From Candidatus Yanofskybacteria bacterium RIFCSPHIGHO2_02_FULL_50_12 (GTDB lineage Bacteria; Patescibacteriota; Minisyncoccia; 2-02-FULL-40-12; GWA2-44-9): 35,163 nucleotides of DNA. The notes beneath the pieces were generated by a model. The model was given only the letters and a program-made list of their open reading frames with translations, did not search any database and was not told the DNA's origin. Shown here piece after piece: positions 26,905 through 34,374 of this stretch. The first letter of the stretch is position 1. Each line of letters starts with the position of its first letter. The stretch spans positions 14,805 through 49,967 of the forward strand of contig MGJZ01000025.1 in the NCBI GenBank assembly GCA_001794525.1. The letters run 5' to 3'. Both the position numbers and the translations under genes were made by a program.

Positions 26905-26933
26905 ACTATATAAACTTTATCGAGTCCAAGCAA
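26905..26933 (-). promoter_or_regulatory. promoter TTGCTT-17 nt-TATAGT, with the -10 element ending 8 nt before the mreB ATG (leaderless-type)
   Basis: Reverse complement of 26928-26933 is TTGCTT and of 26905-26910 is TATAGT. Confidence 0.5.
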
Positions 26934-26957
26934 GGAATGGCGTAAAATCTGGATTTA

Positions 26958-26966
26958 TGGTATAGT
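26958..26966 (+). promoter_or_regulatory. extended -10 element TGgTATAGT, ending 8 nt before ATG 26975 (leaderless-type)
   Basis: TG at 26958-59 and TATAGT at 26961-66. No SD. Confidence 0.45.
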
Positions 26967-26974
26967 ATTCACAC

Positions 26975-27838
26975 ATGACTCGAACTACCAGACGCATCCT
27001 CTTTTTTATCGCCCTTCTGTTTTTTTTCGGCGCGAGCTATATCGTGCTTCTTTACGCACAGGGTTATGAATATGACTTCGACGAAAGTCGGTTTATTCGC
27101 ACCGGGGCGATCGCCGTCAAAGCCAACACCCAAGCCCACGTGCTCCTTGACGGCACCGTGGTGGAGACCACTTCTTTTCTGACAAACACCGCCAGCTTAG
27201 ATACTATCGCTCCCGGCAAGCATACGATTAGCGTCCAAAAGGAGGGCTATTCAGTGTGGCAAAAGAATGTGGTGGTAGAAGAGGGCTTCGTTCAGGATTT
27301 CGGACGCGTATTGATTCTCCCTCAAGCCGGATCTGATAAGGACGAGGTTAAAAGAGAAATTCGAGAATTACTGTACCCGCCGACGCCAGTTCCTACTCCA
27401 ACTGCATCTGCAGTTGCATCAGTTTCTCCCACGCCAAAAAAAACACCCTTACCTGCCAAGACGCCTGCTGTTTCAACTACGCCAAGTCCCACACCTGACC
27501 AATCTGGGCCGTATTTTATGAATGGAGATGCTTTGTACGTTCAAGCTCCGGCCGGCCCTACCCGAGTGGCAACCGGAGTTTCACTTGTAGTTCCCTCACA
27601 AGACGGCCGGAAAATCGCTTGGATGACGGATAATAATCAAATCTGGGTCTATTGGCTTTCCGATACGGAATATCAGCCTTATCGAAAGGCTGGAGATATC
27701 GTCCTGCTAGTTCGCTCGGCTTATCCGGTCAAAAATCTGACCTGGTTCAGAGGCAATGACCATATCGCCTTTGACGCCGGCGGTTTGAAAGTCGCGGAAA
27801 TCGACAATCGCGACAAGGTCAACATCATTAATTTTTAG
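26975..27838 (+). CDS. membrane-anchored PEGA-domain protein with a Pro/Thr-rich linker
   Basis: N-terminal TM helix, the PEGA-like segment APGKHTISVQKEGYSVWQKNVVV, and the PTPVPTPT...TPSPTP linker. Confidence 0.6.
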   Translation: MTRTTRRILFFIALLFFFGASYIVLLYAQGYEYDFDESRFIRTGAIAVKANTQAHVLLDGTVVETTSFLTNTASLDTIAPGKHTISVQKEGYSVWQKNVVVEEGFVQDFGRVLILPQAGSDKDEVKREIRELLYPPTPVPTPTASAVASVSPTPKKTPLPAKTPAVSTTPSPTPDQSGPYFMNGDALYVQAPAGPTRVATGVSLVVPSQDGRKIAWMTDNNQIWVYWLSDTEYQPYRKAGDIVLLVRSAYPVKNLTWFRGNDHIAFDAGGLKVAEIDNRDKVNIINF

Positions 27839-27846
27839 AAAAAGAA

Positions 27847-27869
27847 ACGCGCCGGCTTAGCCGGCGCGT
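27847..27869 (-). terminator. rho-independent terminator of the orphan gene (also closes the convergent PEGA gene)
   Basis: ACGCGCCGG-CTTAG-CCGGCGCGT, followed on the - strand by TTCTTTTTC. Confidence 0.7.
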
Positions 27870-27873
27870 GGCA

Positions 27874-28341
27874 TCAGGAAGGAACCTCAACTTCGAAAGC
27901 TTGCGCCAGCGCGAGAACTGGCTTGCCCCAGTAGTTGTCGGGCTGGAGGAGCTTGACGTAGCTGTCGGCCGGATGGAGAATTTGATACTGCTTGTGCTGC
28001 TCCAGGATCTCCTTGACGATCAACTGGATAGCTTCCACCTGAGAGCGGCACTCACAAGACACGCGAAGCTTCTTGCAGACTTCGAGCTGCTCCTCGAAGG
28101 GCATGTTCATGCTGTACTCGATGGTCGGCTGTTGCGGTGTCTTTGCGTATCCAGCCGCGAAGCCGATGAAATTCCCAGGAATATACGAAAAGCACTTTGC
28201 GCTGGCAAACTTTTCGTACCGGAACCCCAAAGGATGGGCGAAACCTCGAAGATCGTACTGGGTCATCACGATAGCCCGGTCGATACTCGCCCACAGAAAT
28301 GCAGGATTCGCATCCACCACAGGCGCTGTTTCAGTAGCCAT
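27874..28341 (-). CDS. orphan soluble hypothetical protein (155 aa from ATG 28341; the ORF track begins at GTG 28350)
   Basis: GAGGTG SD 6 nt upstream of ATG 28341. It has its own consensus promoter and its own terminators. The segment looks visibly GC-richer than its neighbours. No motif recognised. Confidence 0.6.
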   Translation of the reverse strand: MATETAPVVDANPAFLWASIDRAIVMTQYDLRGFAHPLGFRYEKFASAKCFSYIPGNFIGFAAGYAKTPQQPTIEYSMNMPFEEQLEVCKKLRVSCECRSQVEAIQLIVKEILEQHKQYQILHPADSYVKLLQPDNYWGKPVLALAQAFEVEVPS

Positions 28342-28362
28342 ATTGTCCACCTCACTGGCAAG

Positions 28363-28391
28363 ATTATAGGCTAATTCTCTAATAATGTCAA
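28363..28391 (-). promoter_or_regulatory. perfect consensus sigma70 promoter TTGACA-17 nt-TATAAT
   Basis: Reverse complement of 28386-28391 is TTGACA and of 28363-28368 is TATAAT, with a 17-nt spacer. Confidence 0.65.
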
Positions 28392-28395
28392 TAAT

Positions 28396-28421
28396 AAAAA
28401 TCCGCCATATGGCGGATTTTT
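28396..28421. terminator. bidirectional terminator ending the ribosomal-protein operon
   Basis: AAAAATCCGCC-ATAT-GGCGGATTTTT. Confidence 0.75.
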
Positions 28422-28423
28422 AT

Positions 28424-28963
28424 TTATCGTTTGCTCCATTGCGGAGATTTCCTCGCTTTCTTGAGGCCGTACTTGCGACGTTCCTTAGCGCGCGGATCGC
28501 GGGTCAGGAAGCCCGATTTCTTGAGCTTCTTTCGGAAGTTAGGATCAAAGAGTTCCAGGGCGCGAGCAATGCCATGCTTGATAGCCGCCGCCTGGCCGGC
28601 AATTCCACCGCCATTGACAAGGACTGTCGCCTTGAAGCGATTCAAGGATTTTAGTTTTTTGAGCGGCGACTCAACGATATGCTGAAGATTCACGTCAGTG
28701 AAATAATCCGTATAGTTCTTATCGTTTACCGTCACCATCGCCCGCTCCTCGTCGCCCGTAGCCGCCGAGGGATCAGATGATTTTTTTGTATACAAACGGA
28801 TACGAGCAATCGATTCCTTGCGGCGGCCGACGGATTGGTAATATTTCTCCTTGCCGTTCTTAGTTTCTTCTTCCTCGGTGCGGAATTCAATTACCTCATC
28901 ATCTTCATTAATTGGAAGAGTCGCCTGTATGATTTCTTCTTGTTTTTCTCTTTTAGTTGCCAT
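28424..28963 (-). CDS. rpsI: 30S ribosomal protein S9 with a ~45-aa acidic N-terminal extension
   Basis: [13 protein letters not shown]...[19 protein letters not shown]...[25 protein letters not shown]. Confidence 0.93.
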   Translation of the reverse strand: MATKREKQEEIIQATLPINEDDEVIEFRTEEEETKNGKEKYYQSVGRRKESIARIRLYTKKSSDPSAATGDEERAMVTVNDKNYTDYFTDVNLQHIVESPLKKLKSLNRFKATVLVNGGGIAGQAAAIKHGIARALELFDPNFRKKLKKSGFLTRDPRAKERRKYGLKKARKSPQWSKR

Positions 28964-28972
28964 AAAGACTGA

Positions 28973-29314
28973 TTAATTACCGAATTTAATCTGTTGGATG
29001 ATCTTATCGCGCGTCCGATTCGTCGGCAGCATTCGGTACACGATGTCACGCAGAAGCTGTTCCGGATCTTTTTCCCAGCGTTCGCCGAGCGTCCGCGTGC
29101 GGATCCCGCCATGATAGCCGGTATAGCGATGATACAATTTGCCCTCAAGCTTATTGCCGGTAAATTTTGCTTGCTTAAAATTCTCCACGACCACAGTGAC
29201 GTCAGGAGTCTTGTTGGGCATATAGGCAGGGGAATTTTTGCCGCGCAAAACCGAAGCGATTTCTGTCGCGATTCGTCCCAAGGCCTTATTTGTCGCGTCA
29301 ATTTTATACTCCAT
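28973..29314 (-). CDS. rplM: 50S ribosomal protein L13 (short form, 113 aa)
   Basis: IDATNKALGRIATEIASVLRGK...YHRYTGYHGGIR...MLP. Confidence 0.9.
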   Translation of the reverse strand: MEYKIDATNKALGRIATEIASVLRGKNSPAYMPNKTPDVTVVVENFKQAKFTGNKLEGKLYHRYTGYHGGIRTRTLGERWEKDPEQLLRDIVYRMLPTNRTRDKIIQQIKFGN

Positions 29315-29316
29315 GA

Positions 29317-29664
29317 TTATGCGGTAAATTCGACAATTGCCATGTCCGCGCTATCTCCTCGACGTGCACCGAGCTTGATAATGCGAGTGTAACCGCCGTT
29401 TCGATCGCCATATTGCTTGGCAATATCATTCATCAGCTTCCCAACCGCCTTTTCGCCAACATGGCCAAGCAGCTCACGGCGGGCATTCAAATTCTGTTTT
29501 TTGGCCAATGTTATCAATCGTTCCACGAAGCGAACCAAAGACTTGGCTTTGGCCTCGGTCGTCTTGATTTTGCCATGTTCAATCAACGCTGTGGCAAGCG
29601 ACTTATACAGCGCGTTACGCTGGTTGGTCTCAAGTCCGAATTTTCGATGATTGCCTCGTCTCAT
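29317..29664 (-). CDS. rplQ: 50S ribosomal protein L17
   Basis: MRRGNHRKFGLETNQRNALYKSLATALIEHGKIKTTEAKAK...GGYTRI. Confidence 0.93.
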   Translation of the reverse strand: MRRGNHRKFGLETNQRNALYKSLATALIEHGKIKTTEAKAKSLVRFVERLITLAKKQNLNARRELLGHVGEKAVGKLMNDIAKQYGDRNGGYTRIIKLGARRGDSADMAIVEFTA

Positions 29665-29683
29665 GCTGATGATTAATAATTAA

Positions 29684-30421
29684 TTATTCGGCTTTCTTCT
29701 TAGCCGCCCTCTTTTTAGGCTTGGCTTCAGAAATTTCCGGCACGGCTACTTCCGATACCACGCGGAAGTGGTCGATCAAAATTTCTGAAGCTTTCTTCAG
29801 CGCCGCTTCAGGCTGAATTGATCCGTCGGTTTCCACGTCCATCGTAATCTTATTGAAGTCGATCCGCTGGCCGACGCGAACATCTTCAATCTTAAAATTG
29901 ACGAGGCGTACCGGCGAGAAGGCCGCATCGATGGCGATAACGCCAATCGCGAGCTTTTCCTTTTGCCGCTGCTCAACCGGCACATAGCCGATGCCCTTCT
30001 CAACATCAAGTTCCATCGAGAATTCTACTTTTTTGTCGGTCACAGTAGCAATATGCTGTTCCGGATTGATAATTTCCACGTCAGCGCTGGTTTTGATATC
30101 AGCGGCAGTAATCGCGCCTTCTCCTTTGGTATCGAGAGTAACCTTCACTGGTCCGTCGCCATGAAGCATGAAACGAATCTTCTTGATATTCATGATGATC
30201 TCGATCACATCCTCGAGCACTCCGTGCATGCTTGAAAATTCGTGGTCAACGCCTTTGATCTTAATGGATGTAACTGCTGAACCCTCGAGCGACGACAGTA
30301 AAACGCGCCGCAGCGGATTGGCGATGGTGGCTCCGTAGCCAGGCATAAGCGGCCCGATTTCAAACGTGGTTCGATTGCCGTCCTGCGCGATCACTTTCAC
30401 TTGTTCCGGTAGCTGTATCAT
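29684..30421 (-). CDS. rpoA: DNA-directed RNA polymerase alpha subunit, N-terminal domain only (245 aa)
   Basis: GYGATIANPLRRVLLSSLEGSAVTSIKI...HEFS and the rpsD-rpoA-rplQ context. The protein ends in a Lys-rich tail right after the NTD. Confidence 0.9.
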   Translation of the reverse strand: MIQLPEQVKVIAQDGNRTTFEIGPLMPGYGATIANPLRRVLLSSLEGSAVTSIKIKGVDHEFSSMHGVLEDVIEIIMNIKKIRFMLHGDGPVKVTLDTKGEGAITAADIKTSADVEIINPEQHIATVTDKKVEFSMELDVEKGIGYVPVEQRQKEKLAIGVIAIDAAFSPVRLVNFKIEDVRVGQRIDFNKITMDVETDGSIQPEAALKKASEILIDHFRVVSEVAVPEISEAKPKKRAAKKKAE

Positions 30422-30426
30422 ATGTT

Positions 30427-30499
30427 TAGTTTTTAGTTGCTAGTTTTTAGTTGCTAGTTTAGAAATCACTAGAACCTAGAAACTGACCCCTAGAAACTC
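30427..30499. repeat. short tandem repeats with 7/14-nt register in the rpsD-rpoA spacer
   Basis: TAGTTTTTAGTTGC twice (30427-30454) and TAGAAACTGACCCC/TAGAAACTC (30477-30499). TAG recurs at spacings of 14, 14, 15, 7 and 14 nt. There are five CTAG tetramers in about 60 nt. Confidence 0.7.
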
Positions 30500-30503
30500 T
30501 TTT

Positions 30504-31139
30504 TTACCGACTGTAATATTCAATAATTGCCTGCAAATCACCTACCTGTACGCCGCTTTCCTCGGGCGTAGTCTGGCCTCGCACCGTCGCCGTCATTGTT
30601 TCCTTATTCAGCTCGATCCATGACGGAGCTTCGTATTTCGGCAGCCATTGCGGCACCAGATTTTGGAAAAAAGGCGATTTCTTGCTTCCTTCCCTTACGG
30701 AAATGACATCGCCGATGGAAACCCGCGCCGAGGGAATGCCTACCTTGCGTCCATTGACCAGAATATGGCCGTGATTCACGAGCTGGCGGGCCTGATCTCG
30801 GGATTGGCCAAGACCCATGCGGAATACGATGTTGTCCAGCCGATGCTCAAGCGCATTTAGAATCATGCCGTACGGCTCTTTTTTCGTAGCCACAGCTGAC
30901 TTAATGTAGGATTTGAACTGCTTCTCAAGAAGCCGGTAAGTGTTTCTTACCTTCTGTTTGGATTTCAGCTGCTGGCCGAATTCAGACAGCTTGCGGGTCG
31001 GTTTGGCACCGTGCATGCCTGGCGGGTAGGGCTTTTTGGTGATCGCGGTTTTACCCATGGCGGAACGAACTCCCTTGATGGAGATGCGTTCGCCGATGCG
31101 GCGTTCTATCTTTTCTTTTGGTCCAGTATATCGTGCCAT
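30504..31139 (-). CDS. rpsD: 30S ribosomal protein S4
   Basis: MARYTGPKEKIERR...LEHRLDNIVFRMG...VNGRKVGIPS. Confidence 0.95.
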   Translation of the reverse strand: MARYTGPKEKIERRIGERISIKGVRSAMGKTAITKKPYPPGMHGAKPTRKLSEFGQQLKSKQKVRNTYRLLEKQFKSYIKSAVATKKEPYGMILNALEHRLDNIVFRMGLGQSRDQARQLVNHGHILVNGRKVGIPSARVSIGDVISVREGSKKSPFFQNLVPQWLPKYEAPSWIELNKETMTATVRGQTTPEESGVQVGDLQAIIEYYSR

Positions 31140-31145
31140 ATTGGT

Positions 31146-31589
31146 TTACACTCTTCGTGGCTTAGGCCGGCGCACACCGTTATGGGCAATGGGCGTAGCA
31201 TCCATGATAGAAAGTATATTCAGCCCGGTTCCGGCTAAACCTCGGATCGCCGATTCGCGGCCCGGACCAATGCCCTTGATAACAATCTTAATGTTAGTCA
31301 GGTTGAATTTTTTGGATTTTTCAAACACGTCTTTTGCCACCAAGTTAGCAGCATACGGAGTCGATTTTTTGCTTCCCTTAAAACCCAGCAAACCAGCCGA
31401 AGACCAAGAAATGACCTGGCCCTTGGAATCGGCAATCGAAATCAGCGTGTTATTATATGAAACGTTGATGACCGCGGTACCGTTAAGGACCTGTTTTTTG
31501 GCGGAAGCTTTTTTTGGTGCGACGGAAACCTCTGCCGCCTCCGGTGCAGTAGTTTCTCCATCTTTAGTTATAATTTTCTTTTTACCCAT
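31146..31589 (-). CDS. rpsK: 30S ribosomal protein S11 (with a ~20-aa N-terminal extension)
   Basis: NNTLISIADSKGQVISWSSAG..GFKGSKKSTPYAA...GPGRESAIR. Confidence 0.93.
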   Translation of the reverse strand: MGKKKIITKDGETTAPEAAEVSVAPKKASAKKQVLNGTAVINVSYNNTLISIADSKGQVISWSSAGLLGFKGSKKSTPYAANLVAKDVFEKSKKFNLTNIKIVIKGIGPGRESAIRGLAGTGLNILSIMDATPIAHNGVRRPKPRRV

Positions 31590-31600
31590 GTGATGTTTGC

Positions 31601-31990
31601 CTAAGTCTTCTCTCCTGTTGGCTTGCGTCCAGAACCAGCAGTCTTACGACCACGGTAGGTACGGGTACTACGAGAATTCGTCTTAGTTCGACCGTGTAAC
31701 GGCAAGTGCCGAGAGTGGCGAACACCTTTCCAGGTACCGATTTCTTTCAGCCGCTTCACGTTCTGGCTGATTTCCTTGCGCAAATCTCCCTCAACTCGAT
31801 AATTCTGCTCAATGATTTTCTGAATCTTATTGATCTCTTCGGCGGTCAGATCTTTGGCACGCTTATTCGGATCAATGGCAGCCGAACGCAAAATGACAGT
31901 GCTGGCCGACAGACCGATGCCGTATAGATACGGCAAGGCGTATTCGATTTTCTTATTGTCCGGAATGTTGATACCGAGTATGCGTGGCAT
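31601..31990 (-). CDS. rpsM: 30S ribosomal protein S13
   Basis: MPRILGINIPDNKKIEYALPYLYGIG...GVRH..LPLHGRTKTN. ATG 31990 is preferred over the ORF-track start at 32005. Confidence 0.93.
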   Translation of the reverse strand: MPRILGINIPDNKKIEYALPYLYGIGLSASTVILRSAAIDPNKRAKDLTAEEINKIQKIIEQNYRVEGDLRKEISQNVKRLKEIGTWKGVRHSRHLPLHGRTKTNSRSTRTYRGRKTAGSGRKPTGEKT

Positions 31991-32032
31991 AATTTCAGTT
32001 ATCATTTATCAGTTTCCATTTTTCATTTGCAG

Positions 32033-32059
32033 AATTGGAAATTGGTAAATAGTAATTGG
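32033..32059. repeat. three AATTGG hexamers (spacings 7 and 14 nt) in the rpmJ-rpsM spacer
   Basis: AATTGG at 32033, 32040 and 32054. The last two copies extend to AATTGGTAA. Confidence 0.6.
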
Positions 32060-32068
32060 TAAGTGTTC

Positions 32069-32182
32069 TTATCCTTGGCGCTGTTTATGCTTCGGGTTCT
32101 TGCAGAGGCAATAGATCCGGCCTTTTCGGCGGACCAACTTGCAGTTATTGCAGATCTTTTTTACCGAAGCTCGTACTTTCAT
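32069..32182 (-). CDS. rpmJ: 50S ribosomal protein L36
   Basis: Not in the ORF track because it is shorter than 60 aa. My own translation of the reverse complement gives [37 protein letters not shown]. Confidence 0.93.
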   Translation of the reverse strand: MKVRASVKKICNNCKLVRRKGRIYCLCKNPKHKQRQG

Positions 32183-32184
32183 TA

Positions 32185-32481
32185 TTAATAGCGGTACACG
32201 ATACGGCCTCTCAAGCCATCGGGGCTCAATTCGACCGCAACACGGTCTCCGATCATTACTTTGATGTAATTCATCCGCATTTTGCCGGCAAGATATGCCA
32301 GCACCTCGCGGCCGTCTTCCAGCTGCACCTTAAAGGTAGTGTCGGGAAGAGCTTCGATGACCGTCGCATTTAGTTTTTCCTTTTGTTGGTTTGGCACTTC
32401 TCGGAGAAGGTTACTGAAAAACAAATCCACTTGAATAAGTGGTTTTCCTTGATAAAGAAGGGTTCTCCACTTAGAAATCAT
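32185..32481 (-). CDS. infA: translation initiation factor IF-1 (98 aa from ATG 32481; canonical 70 aa if GTG 32397 is the start)
   Basis: [61 protein letters not shown] 32481 is preceded by GAGGGA at a 6-nt spacing. Confidence 0.88.
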   Translation of the reverse strand: MISKWRTLLYQGKPLIQVDLFFSNLLREVPNQQKEKLNATVIEALPDTTFKVQLEDGREVLAYLAGKMRMNYIKVMIGDRVAVELSPDGLRGRIVYRY

Positions 32482-32559
32482 GGGAATCCCTCACGAGTAA
32501 TTCGAGAGGTTTTCAGCGAGTCTATGATAACAAAACCGCGCCCATGAGTCAACTCTGGG

Positions 32560-34320
32560 TTAGTATGATGTAATAATCCGCACCCGGCTTGGGTCCTTGG
32601 GGATAGACCGAACCCAAGGCGGACGTAAAACCACATTTGCCGCGGCGATATCCGATATCCCGCGGATGAGCAGCTTAATTTCGTCTTCTCTCTTTCCTGC
32701 CAGGCTGGTCAGTAGTTCCTGCTCGTTTATTTTCGCGTATCCAGGCCCTTCAATCGCAACTGTAAAGCGGAGGATGTCTGTCGCCGTATCAAATTTGACC
32801 TCGCCGTAATCCAGAGTCAATTTTTCCTGAACTGCGTGCAGATCATATTTCCCGTCGACATAAGCGGCAATTAGATTAAAAAGATCAGACTCTTTGAATC
32901 CGACCGTTTTGAGCGACCCTGAAATCGTCATTGTGAAACGCTCCGCCGCCTCGTCGGCCGCGGCGGTGCTTGAGGGTTTTTCAACCGCAACTTGGGATTC
33001 GTCGAATACTTTGAAGTCATCCATATCCGCCTTCAATTGTTCGGCGATCGCCCGCTTGACTTGGGCGGTGAGAATTTCCTGCGCCTGGCGGTAATCCTGC
33101 TCGGTTACGACCGTGGCTTTGCCGCTCGTGCCGCCACGCATCGGTTCATCGGATTGGCCGTAGATGTTTCCATATTTATTCGCATCGCCTTTCTCAGCAA
33201 AAGCTGGAATTTTGAAGATGCCGGCTGGCACGTTGAAATCCTGGCCGGATTTATCCGCAACCACCTGGACTATAACCGTGCCTGGAACTAATTTACCGTT
33301 CACTGTTTTAGCGGCTGGCACGATCACTCCCGATAAAGTTCGAAAAATATGTTTGTCGCTTGATTCAAATCGAGTTGTCGCAATAAGCTGTTGGAGCGCG
33401 GCAGTAGCATTGTAGACGGTAAGGCTACCTCGGGCTTTCTGGGCGACATCCTTGCTGCCGGTGGCTGGAAACTCTTGGGAGACGGTCTTTCGGATATTGA
33501 AAAGCTGGCCTGGAAGCTTCATGCCGGGCGCGTCAGGCGCGGAGGTTGCATCAGAAGCGGCAACTGACAGAGTCATGTCTAAATCTTGGCTTCTTGGCTG
33601 TATCGTAATCTGAGCACTGCCAGTCGACACGTAAATCGCAATGCCCGCAAGGATGGATGCCGCTATGGCAAGACCAATGAGAGATTTTCGATAGCGGCCC
33701 GAACCGGCCATGGTCGCTTTGGGAACAATTCGGCGCTCGACTACGGGCACGTGATGCCGGACACCAACTGGTGCCGCCCGTTCTTTTTTCGAACTAACTT
33801 TCAAGTCGCGACTTTCATCTGACTCCACATTGACGACATCCCTCATGCGTCGAGAATAAGCCGGGATCGCTTCAACTTCATCACGCTCTGAAAATTCCTC
33901 CGCCGCGGCGAGAAGTTCTTCATCCGCTTCCGCGGCCGCGGTGATGGAAATCGGCGGATGCTCATAGAAATCCTCCAATTCGTTCACCATATCTACTGCG
34001 CCTGCTTCCACTATTTTTGCCGATTTCTTTTTCGGCATTCCCGTTTTACTGCGCGCCTTTGGTTGGCGTGCAAGCAATACGTCAAAGCCGTGTTTTTTGG
34101 CCAATTCATTTAATTCAGGGTTGGAACAAAGAAAGGAGGCGGTTTTGTTGAGCCGCGCCGCTTCATCCCTCAAAGATACAAAGTAATCTTCTTTTTGAAA
34201 GGCTTTGTTTTTCTTAGGCAAGACGAAAATCACTTCATCAGCGGAACTCAATTTGAATAAATCAAGAATCTCCTTGAAGGAATCGTCCTTTAGAACGTTA
34301 ATTATTTTGGTAGAGGCCAT
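32560..34320 (-). CDS. hypothetical single-pass membrane protein with an N-terminal cytoplasmic domain, an acidic linker and a large extracytoplasmic domain
   Basis: 586 aa with a TM helix LIGLAIAASILAGIAIYV near residue 220. No confident family call. A weak impression of baseplate-J-like proteins is from memory only. Confidence 0.55.
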   Translation of the reverse strand: MASTKIINVLKDDSFKEILDLFKLSSADEVIFVLPKKNKAFQKEDYFVSLRDEAARLNKTASFLCSNPELNELAKKHGFDVLLARQPKARSKTGMPKKKSAKIVEAGAVDMVNELEDFYEHPPISITAAAEADEELLAAAEEFSERDEVEAIPAYSRRMRDVVNVESDESRDLKVSSKKERAAPVGVRHHVPVVERRIVPKATMAGSGRYRKSLIGLAIAASILAGIAIYVSTGSAQITIQPRSQDLDMTLSVAASDATSAPDAPGMKLPGQLFNIRKTVSQEFPATGSKDVAQKARGSLTVYNATAALQQLIATTRFESSDKHIFRTLSGVIVPAAKTVNGKLVPGTVIVQVVADKSGQDFNVPAGIFKIPAFAEKGDANKYGNIYGQSDEPMRGGTSGKATVVTEQDYRQAQEILTAQVKRAIAEQLKADMDDFKVFDESQVAVEKPSSTAAADEAAERFTMTISGSLKTVGFKESDLFNLIAAYVDGKYDLHAVQEKLTLDYGEVKFDTATDILRFTVAIEGPGYAKINEQELLTSLAGKREDEIKLLIRGISDIAAANVVLRPPWVRSIPKDPSRVRIITSY

Positions 34321-34374
34321 GAGTCAGAGTAAACACTCTGAAAACTATACCATGAGAATATGAAGGATAAAAGA

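Noticed and set aside
27868-28374. 168-aa ORF on the + strand opposite the orphan gene
   Set aside because: It starts at a GTG inside the terminator hairpin and has no SD or promoter. The - strand ORF has a consensus promoter, an SD and a downstream terminator. The long antisense frame is explained by the locally higher GC.
30427-30499. Possible mini-CRISPR or satellite
   Set aside because: The repeat units are only 7-14 nt, contiguous and without spacers. They lie inside an operon spacer, so I report them as simple tandem repeats.
31036-31593. 185-aa ORF on the + strand
   Set aside because: Antisense to rpsK and the 5' end of rpsD. It is a shadow ORF.
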